Assembly: GCA_964057225.1 (NCBI GenBank)
Contig: OZ059900.1
Location: 23,002,001 to 23,066,000, forward strand
Source of the DNA: Auanema rhodensis
Lineage: Eukaryota > Animalia > Nematoda
Direction: 5' to 3'
DNA length: 64,000 nt
This document shows positions 12,869 through 23,459 of this stretch, piece by piece. Both the position numbers and the translations under genes were made by a program. Below the pieces are notes generated by a model. It was not told where the DNA came from, made no database searches, and saw only the letters and a program-made list of their open reading frames with translations. How positions within the stretch are numbered: the first letter of the stretch is position 1; every line of letters starts with the position of its first letter.

Positions 12869-15800
12869 TTTCCCATGAGAAATATTTTATTATGCTGGAA
12901 AACCAGTTTTTGGAAATTTCGCTGCAAACAAGGTTTTGACTTACGATTTCATGTGTTCAAACTCATGCAATGTCAATGAAACCTAGCTCAAAATTGTTCG
13001 TACAACGTCTAATTCCACTTTCACGACAAAAAAACAGGGGTTAGAAAATTAAGGAAATTAGCATATTCTGAGGGCACGCCCCTTATGGCTAATATTGATT
13101 AAATCGATTTTTGTTCATATGAGTCGTCAAATGCAACGAATTTCAGCGTGTTACATACTAAAATGAGGCATTTTACATGCTGAACACTAGAAAAATACAA
13201 AAACACAGTATTTCCCATGAGAAATATTTTATTATGCTGGAAAACCAGTTTTTGGAAATTTCGCTGTAAACAAGGTTTGGCTTACGATTTCATGTGTTCA
13301 AACTCATGCAATGTTAATGAAATCTAGCTCAAAATTGTTTGTACAACGTCTAGTTCCACTTTCACGACAAAAAAACAGGGGTTAGAAAATTAAGGAAATT
13401 AGCATATTCTGAGGGCACGCCCCTTATGGCTAATATTGATTAAATCGATTTTTGTTCATATGAGTCGTCAAATGCAACGAATTTCAGCGTGTTACATACT
13501 AAAATGAGGCATTTTACATGCTGAACACTAGAAAAATACAAAAACACAGTATTTCCCATGAGAAATATTTTATTATGCTGGAAAACCAGTTTTTGGAATT
13601 TTCGCTGTAAACAAGGTTTTGACTTACGATTTCATGAGTTCAAACTCATGCAATGTTAATGAAACCTAGCTCAAAATTGTTCGTACAACGTCTAGTTCCA
13701 CTTTCACGACAAAAAAACAGGGGTTAGAAAATTAAGGAAATTAGCATATTCTGAGGGCACGCCACTTATGGCTAATATTGATTAAATCGATTTTTGTTCA
13801 TATGAGTCGTCAAATGCAACGAATTTCAGCGTGTTACATACTAAAATGAAGCATTTTACATGCTGAACACTAGAAAAATACAAAAACACAGTATTTCCCA
13901 TGAGAAATATTTTATTATGCTGGAAACCAGTTTTTGGAATTTTCGCTGTAAACAAGGTTTTGACTTACGATTTCATGAGTTCAAACTCATGCAATGTCAA
14001 TGAAACCTAGCTCAAAATTGTTCGTACAACGTCTAGTTCCACTTTCACGACAAAAAAACAGGGGTTAGAAAATTAAGGAAATTAGCATATTCTGAGGGCA
14101 CGCCCCTTATGGCTAATATTGATTAAATCGATTTTTGTTCATATGAGTCGTCAAATGCAACGAATTTCAGCGTGTTACATACTAAAATGAAGCATTTTAC
14201 ATGCTGAACACTAGAAAAATACAAAAACACAGTATTTCCCATGAGAAATATTTTATTATGCTGGAAACCAGTTTTTGGAATTTTCGCTGTAAACAAGGTT
14301 TTGACTTACGATTTCATGAGTTCAAACTCATGCAATGTCAATGAAACCTAGCTCAAAATTGTTCGTACAACGTCTAGTTCTACTTTCACGACAAAAAAAC
14401 AGGGGTTAGAAAATTAAGGAAATTAGCATATTCTGAGGGCACGCCCCTTATGGCTAATATTGATTAAATCGATTTTTGTTCATATGAGTCGTCAAATGCA
14501 ACGAATTTCAGCGTGTTACATACTAAAATGAAGTATTTTACATGCTGAACACTAGAAAAATACAAAAACACAGTATTTCCCATGAGAAATATTTTATTAT
14601 GCTGGAAAACCAGTTTTTGGAAATTTCGCTGTAAACAAGGTTTTGACTTACGATTTCATGTGTTGAAACTCATGCAATGTCAATGAAACCTAGCTCAAAA
14701 TTGTTCCTACAACGTCTAATTCCACTTTTACGACAAAAAAACAGGGGTTAGAAAATTAAGGAAATTAGCATATTCTGAGGGCACGCCCCTTATGGCTAAT
14801 ATTGATTAAATCGATTTTTGTTCATATGAGTCGTCAAATGCAACGAATTTCAGCGTGTTACATACTAAAATGAAGCATTTTACATGCTGAACACTAGAAA
14901 AATACAAAAACACAGTATTTCCCATGAGAAATATTTTATTATGCTGGAAAACCAGTTTTTGGAAATTTCGCTGCAAACAAGGTTTTGACTTACGATTTCA
15001 TGTGTTCAAACTCATGCAATGTCAATGAAACCTAGCTCAAAATTGTTCGTACAACGTCTAATTCCACTTTCACGACAAAAAAACAGGGGTTAGAAAATTA
15101 AGGAAATTAGCATATTCTGAGGGCACGCCCCTTATGGCTAATATTGATTAAATCGATTTTTGTTCATATGAGTCGTCAAATGCAAAGAATTTCAGCGTGT
15201 TACATACTAAAATGAGGCATTTTACATGCTGAACACTAGAAAAATACAAAAACACAGTATTTCCCATGAGAAATATTTTATTATGCTGGAAAACCAGTTT
15301 TTGGAAATTTCGCTGCAAACAAGGTTTTGACTTACGATTTCATGTGTTCAAACTCATGCAATGTCAATGAAACCTAGCTCAAAATTGTTCCTACAACGTC
15401 TAGTTCCACTTTCACGACAAAAAACAGGGGTTAGAAAATTAAGGAAATTAGCATATTCTGAGGGCACGCCCCTTATGGCTAATATTGATTAAATCGATTT
15501 TTGTTCATATGAGTCGTCAAATGCAACGAATTTCAGCGTGTTACATACTAAAATGAGGCATTTTACATGCTGAACACTAGAAAAATACAAAAACACAGTA
15601 TTTCCCATGAGAAATATTTTATTATGCTGGAAAACCAGTTTTTGGAATTTTCGCTGTAAACAAGGTTTTGACTTACGATTTCATGAGTTCAAACTCATGC
15701 AATGTTAATGAAACCTAGCTCAAAATTGTTCGTACAACGTCTAGTTCCACTTAAACGACAAAAAAACAGGGGTTAGAAAATTAAGGAAATTAGCATATTC

Positions 15801-18800
15801 TGAGGGCACGCCACTTATGGCTAATATTGATTAAATCGATTTTTGTTCATATGAGTCGTCAAATGCAACGAATTTCAGCGTGTTACATACTAAAATGAAG
15901 CATTTTACATGCTGAACACTAGAAAAATACAAAAACACAGTATTTCCCATGAGAAATATTTTATTATGCTGGAAACCAGTTTTTGGAATTTTCGCTGTAA
16001 ACAAGGTTTTGACTTACGATTTCATGAGTTCAAACTCATGCAATGTCAATGAAACCTAGCTCAAAATTGTTCGTACAACGTCTAGTTCCACTTTCACGAC
16101 AAAAAAACAGGGGTTAGAAAATTAAGGAAATTAGCATATTCTGAGGGCACGCCCCTTATGGCTAATATTGATTAAATCGATTTTTGTTCATATGAGTCGT
16201 CAAATGCAACGAATTTCAGCGTGTTACATACTAAAATGAAGCATTTTACATGCTGAACACTAGAAAAATACAAAAACACAGTATTTCCCATGAGAAATAT
16301 TTTATTATGCTGGAAACCAGTTTTTGGAATTTTCGCTGTAAACAAAGTTTTGACTTACGATTTCATGAGTTCAAACTCATGCAATGTCAATGAAACCTAG
16401 CTCAAAATTGTTCGTACAACGTCTAGTTCCACTTTCACGACAAAAAAACAGGGGTTAGAAAATTAAGGAAATTAGCATATTCTGAGGGCACGCCACTTAT
16501 GGCTAATATTGATTAAATCGATTTTTGTTCATATGAGTCGTCAAATGCAACGAATTTCAGCGTGTTACATACTAAAATGAAGCATTTTACATGCTGAACA
16601 CTAGAAAAATACAAAAACACAGTATTTCCCATGAGAAATATTTTATTATGCTGGAAACCAGTTTTTGGAATTTTCGCTGTAAACAAGGTTTTGACTTACG
16701 ATTTCATGAGTTCAAACTCATGCAATGTCAATGAAACCTAGCTCAAAATTGTTCGTACAACGTCTAGTTCCACTTTCACGACAAAAAAACAGGGGTTAGA
16801 AAATTAAGGAAATTAGCATATTCTGAGGGCACGCCCCTTATGGCTAATATTGATTAAATCGATTTTTGTTCATATGAGTCGTCAAATGCAACGAATTTCA
16901 GCGTGTTACATACTAAAATGAAGCATTTTACATGCTGAACACTAGAAAAATACAAAAACACAGTATTTCCCATGAGAAATATTTTATTATGCTGGAAACC
17001 AGTTTTTGGAATTTTCGCTGTAAACAAGGTTTTGACTTACGATTTCATGAGTTCAAACTCATGCAATGTCAATGAAACCTAGCTCAAAATTGTTCCTACA
17101 ACGTCTAGTTCCACTTTCACGACAAAAAACAGGGGTTAGAAAATTAAGGAAATTAGCATATTCTGAGGGCACGCCCCTTATGGCTAATATTGATTAAATC
17201 GATTTTTGTTCATATGAGTCGTCAAATGCAACGAATTTCAGCCTGTTACATACTAAAATGAAGCATTTTACATGCTGAACACTAGAAAAATACAAAAACA
17301 CAGTATTTCCCATGAGAAATATTTTATTATGCTGGAAAACCACTTTTTGGAAATTTCGCTGTAAACAAGGTTTTGACTTACGATTTCATGTGTTCAAACT
17401 CATGCAATGTCAATGAAACCTAGCTCAAAACTGTTCCTACAACGTCTAGTTCCACTTTCACGACAAAAAAACAGGGGTTAGAAAATTAAGGAAATTAGCA
17501 TATTCTGAGGGCACGACCCTTATGGCTAATATTGATTAAATCGATTTTTGTTCATATGAGTCGTCAAATGCAACGAATTTCAGCGTGTTACATACTAAAA
17601 TGAAGCATTTTACATGCTGAACACTAGAAAAATACAAAAACACAGTATTTCCCATGAGAAATATTTTATTATGCTGGAAAACCAGTTTTTGGAAATTTCG
17701 CTGTAAACAAGGTTTTGACTTACGATTTCATGTGTTCAAACTCATGCAATGTCAAAGAAACCTGGCTCAAAACTGTTCGTACAACGTCTAGTTCCACTTT
17801 CACGACAAAAAAACAGGGGTTAGAAAATTTAGGAAATTAGCATATTCTGAGGGCACGCCCCTTATGGCTAATATTGATTAAATCGATTTTTGTTCATATG
17901 AGTCGTCAAATGCAACGAATTTCAGCGTGTTACATACTAAAATGAAGTATTTTACATGCTGAACACTAGAAAAATACAAAAACACAGTATTTCCCATAAG
18001 AAATATTTTATTATGCTGGAAAACCAGTTTTTGGAAATTTCGCTGTAAACAAGGTTTTGACTTACGATTTCATGTGTTCAAACTCATGCAATGTCAATGA
18101 AACCTAGCTCAAAATTGTTTGTACAACGTCTAGTTCCACTTTCACGACAAAAAAACAGGGGTTAGAAAATTAAGGAAATTAGCATATTCTGAGGGCACGC
18201 CCCTTATGGCTAATATTGATTAAATCGATTTTTGTTCATATGAGTCGTCAAATGCAACGAATTTCAGCGTGTTACATACTAAAATGAAGCATTTTACATG
18301 CTGAACACTAGAAAAATACAAAAACACAGTATTTCCCATAAGAAATATTTTATTATGCTGGAAAACCAGTTTTTGGAATTTTCGCTGTAAACAAGGTTTT
18401 GACTTACGATTTCATGTGTTCAAACTCATGCAATGTCAATGAAACCTAGCTCAAAACTGTTCGTACAACGTCTAGTTCCACTTTCACGACAAAAAAACAG
18501 GGGTTAGAAAATTTAGGAAATTAGCATATTCTGAGGGCACGCCCCTTATGGCTAATATTGATTAAATCGATTTTTGTTCATATGAGTCGTCAAATGCAAC
18601 GAATGTCAGCGTGTTACATACTAAAATGAAGTATTTTACATGCTGAACACTAGAAAAATACAAAAACACAGTATTTCCCATAAGAAATATTTTATTATGC
18701 TGGAAAACCAGTTTTTGGAAATTTCGCTGTAAACAAGGTTTTGACTTACGATTTCATGTGTTCAAACTCATGCAATGTCAATGAAACCTAGCTCAAAACT

Positions 18801-21800
18801 GTTCGTACAACGTCTAGTTCCACTTTCACGACAAAAAAACAGGGGTTAGAAAATTTAGGAAATTAGCATATTCTGAGGGCACGCCCCTTATGGCTAATAT
18901 TGATTAAATCGATTTTTGTTCATATGAGTCGTCAAATGCAACGAATGTCAGCGTGTTACATACTAAAATGAAGTATTTTACATGCTGAACACTAGAAAAA
19001 TACAAAAACACAGTATTTCCCATAAGAAATATTTTATTATGCTGGAAAACCAGTTTTTGGAAATTTCGCTGTAAACAAGGTTTTGACTTACGATTTCATG
19101 TGTTCAAACTCATGCAATGTCAATGAAACCTAGCTCAAAACTGTTCGTACAACGTCTAGTTCCACTTTCACGACAAAAAAACAGGGGTTAGAAAATTTAG
19201 GAAATTAGCATATTCTGAGGGCACGCCCCTTATGGCTAATATTGATTAAATCGATTTTTGTTCATATGAGTCGTCAAATGCAACGAATTTCAGCGTGTTA
19301 CATACTAAAATGAAGTATTTTACATGCTGAACACTAGAAAAATACAAAAACACAGTATTTCCCATAAGAAATATTTTATTATGCTGGAAAACCAGTTTTT
19401 GGAAATTTCGCTGTAAACAAGGTTTTGACTTACGATTTCATATGTTCAAACTCATGCAATGTCAATGAAACCTAGCTCAAAATTGTTCGTACAACGTCTA
19501 GTTCCACTTTCACGACAAAAAAACAGGGGTTAGAAAATTAAGGAAATTAGCATATTCTGAGGGCACGCCCCTTATGGCTAATATTGATTAAATCGATTTT
19601 TGTTCATATGAGTCGTCAAATGCAACAAATTTCAGCGTGTTACATACTAAAATGAAGCATTTTACAAGCTGAACACTAGAAAAATACAAAAACACAGTTT
19701 TTCCCATGAGAAATATTTTATTATGCTGGAAAACCAGTTTTTGGAAATTTCGCTGTAAACAAGGTTTTGACTTACGATTTCATGTGTTGAAACTCATGCA
19801 ATGTCAATGAAACCTAGCTCAAAATTGTTCCTACAACGTCTAATTCCACTTTTACGACAAAAAAACAGGGGTTAGAAAATTAAGGAAATTAGCATATTCT
19901 GAGGGCACGCCCCTTATGGCTAATATTGATTAAATCGATTTTTGTTCATATGAGTCGTCAAATGCAACGAATTTCATCGTGTTACATACTTAAATGAAGC
20001 ATTTTACATGCTGAACACTAGAAAAATACAAAAACACAGTATTTCCCATGAGAAATATTTTATTATGCTGGAAACCAGTTTTTGGAATTTTCGCTGTAAA
20101 CAAGGTTTTGACTTACGATTTCATGTGTTCAAACTCATGCAATGTCAATGAAACCTAGCTCAAAATTGTTCGTACAACGTCTAGTTCCACTTTCACGACA
20201 AAAAAACAGGGGTTAGAAAATTTAGGAAATTAGCATATTCTGAGGGCACGCCCCTTATGGCTAATATTGATTAAATCGATTTTTGTTCATATAAGTCGTC
20301 AAATGCAACGAATTTCAGCGTGTTACATACTAAAATGAAGTATTTTACATGCTGAACACTAGAAAAATACAAAAACACAGTATTTCCCATGAGAAATATT
20401 TTATTATGCTGGAAAACCAGTTTTTGGAAATTTCGCTGTAAACAAGGTTATGACTTACGATTTCATGTGTTCAAACTCATGCAATGTCAATGAAACCTAG
20501 CTCAAAATTGTTCGTACAACGTCTAGTTCCACTTTCACGACAAAAAAACAGGGGTTAGAAAATTTAGGAAATTAGCATATTCTGAGGGCACGCCCCTTAT
20601 GGCTAATATTGATTAAATCGATTTTTGTTCATATGAGTCGTCAAATGCAACGAATTTTAGCGTGTTACATACTAAAATGAAGTATTTTACATGCTGAACA
20701 CTAGAAAAATACAAAAACACAGTATTTCCCATGAGAAATATTTTATTATGCTGGAAAACCAGTTTTTGGAAATTTCGCTGTAAACAAGGTTTTGACTTAC
20801 GATTTCATGTGTTCAAACTCATGCAATGTCAATGAAACCTAGCTCAAAATTGTTCCTACAACGTCTAGTTCCACTTTCACGACAAAAAACAGGGGTTAGA
20901 AAATTAAGGAAATTAGCATATTCTGAGGGCACGCCCCTTATGGCTAATATTGATTAAATCGATTTTTGTTCATATGAGTCGTCAAATGCAACGAATTTCA
21001 GCCTGTTACATACTAAAATGAAGCATTTTACATGCTGAACACTAGAAAAATACAAAAACACAGTATTTCCCATGAGAAATATTTTATTATGCTGGAAAAC
21101 CACTTTTTGGAAATTTCGCTGTAAACAAGGTTTTGACTTACGATTTCATGTGTTCAAACTCATGCAATGTCAATGAAACCTAGCTCAAAACTGTTCCTAC
21201 AACGTCTAGTTCCACTTTCACGACAAAAAAACAGGGGTTAGAAAATTAAGGAAATTAGCATATTCTGAGAGCACGACCCTTATGGCTAATATTGATTAAA
21301 TCGATTTTTGTTCATATGAGTCGTCAAATGCAACGAATTTCAGCGTGTTACATACTAAAATGAAGCATTTTACATGCTGAACACTAGAAAAATACAAAAA
21401 CACAGTATTTCCCATGAGAAATATTTTATTATGCTGGAAAACCAGTTTTTGGAAATTTCGCTGTAAACAAGGTTTTGACTTACGATTTCATGTGTTCAAA
21501 CTCATGCAATGTCAATGAAACCTGGCTCAAAACTGTTCGTACAACGTCTAGTTCCACTTTCACGACAAAAAAACAGGGGTTAGAAAATTTAGGAAATTAG
21601 CATATTCTGAGGGCACGCCCCTTATGGCTAATATTGATTAAATCGATTTTTGTTCATATGAGTCGTCAAATGCAACGAATTTCAGCGTGTTACATACTAA
21701 AATGAAGTATTTTACATGCTGAACACTAGAAAAATACAAAAACACAGTATTTCCCATAAGAAATATTTTATTATGCTGGAAAACCAGTTTTTGGAAATTT

Positions 21801-23459
21801 CGCTGTAAACAAGGTTTTGACTTACGATTTCATGTGTTCAAACTCATGCAATGTCAATGAAACCTAGCTCAAAATTGTTTGTACAACGTCTAGTTCCACT
21901 TTTACGACAAAAAAACAGGGGTTAGAAAATTAAGGAAATTAGCATATTCTGAGGGCACGCCCCTTATGGCTAATATTGATTAAATCGATTTTTGTTCATA
22001 TGAGTCGTCAAATGCAACGAATTTCAGCGTGTTACATACTAAAATGAAGCATTTTACATGCTGAACACTAGAAAAATACAAAAACACAGTATTTCCCATA
22101 AGAAATATTTTATTATGCTGGAAAACCAGTTTTTGGAAATTTCGCTGTAAACAAGGTTTTGACTTACGATTTCATGTGTTCAAACTCATGCAATGTCAAT
22201 GAAACCTAGCTCAAAACTGTTCGTACAACGTCTAGTTCCACTTTCACGACAAAAAAACAGGGGTTAGAAAATTTAGGAAATTAGCATATTCTGAGGGCAC
22301 GCCCCTTATGGCTAATATTGATTAAATCGATTTTTGTTCATATGAGTCGTCAAATGCAACGAATTTCAGCGTGTTACATACTAAAATGAAGTATTTTACA
22401 TGCTGAACACTAGAAAAATACAAAAACACAGTATTTCCCATAAGAAATATTTTATTATGCTGGAAAACCAGTTTTTGGAAATTTCGCTGTAAACAAGGTT
22501 TTGACTTACGATTTCATATGTTCAAACTCATGCAATGTCAATGAAACCTAGCTCAAAATTGTTCGTACAACGTCTAGTTCCACTTTCACGACAAAAAAAC
22601 AGGGGTTAGAAAATTAAGGAAATTAGCATATTCTGAGGGCACGCCCCTTATGGCTAATATTGATTAAATCGATTTTTGTTCATATGAGTCGTCAAATGCA
22701 ACAAATTTCAGCGTGTTACATACTAAAATAAAGCATTTTACAAGCTGAACACTAGAAAAATACAAAAACACAGTTTTTCCCATGAGAAATATTTTATTAT
22801 GCTGGAAAACCAGTTTTTGGAAATTTCGCTGTAAACAAGGTTTTGACTTACGATTTCATGTGTTCAAACTCATGCAATGTCAATGAAACCTAGCTCAAAA
22901 TTGTTCGTACAACGTCTAGTTCCACTTTCACGACAAAAAAACAGGGGTTAGAAAATTTAGGAAATTAGCATATTCTGAGGGCACGCCCCTTATGGCTAAT
23001 ATTGATTAAATCGATTTTTGTTCATATGAGTCGTCAAATGCAACGAATTTCAGCGTGTTACATACTAAAATGAAGTATTTTACATGCTGAACACTAGAAA
23101 AATACAAAAACACAGTATTTCCCATGAGAAATACTTTATTATGCTGGAAAACCAGTTTTTGGAAATTTCGCTGTAAACAAGGTTTTGACTTACGATTTCA
23201 TGTGTTCAAACTCATGCAATGTCAATGAAACCTAGCTCAAAATTGTTCGTACAACGTCTAGTTCCACTTTCACGACAAAAAAACAGGGGTTAGAAAATTA
23301 AGGAAATTAGCATATTCTGAGGGCACGCCCCTTATGGCTAATATTGATTAAATCGATTTTTGTTCATATGAGTCGTCAAATGCAACAAATTTCAGCGTGT
23401 TACATACTAAAATGAAGCATTTTACAAGCTGAACACTAGAAAAATACAAAAACACAGTT

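Noticed and set aside
12625-12927. 100-aa minus-strand ORF from the supplied track
   Set aside because: About two-thirds of it is X from the N gap, and it joins fragments of two different satellites. It is an artefact.
13037-13062. Telomere-like GGGTTAG / TTAGG motifs (GGGGTTAGAAAATTAAGGAAATTAGC; variant ATTTAGG)
   Set aside because: These are isolated degenerate units, not a tandem telomeric tract, and there are too few G-runs for a G-quadruplex.
13125-13141. CENP-B-box-like motif on the minus strand (ATTCGTTGCATTTGACG)
   Set aside because: It matches TTCG....A but has TGAC where the essential CGGG should be.
1-13210. Homology between satellites A and B (shared CTGGAAA, AGTCGT, TCAAATG)
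   Set aside because: The matches are only 6-7 bp in AT-rich sequence with no extended collinear alignment, as expected by chance.
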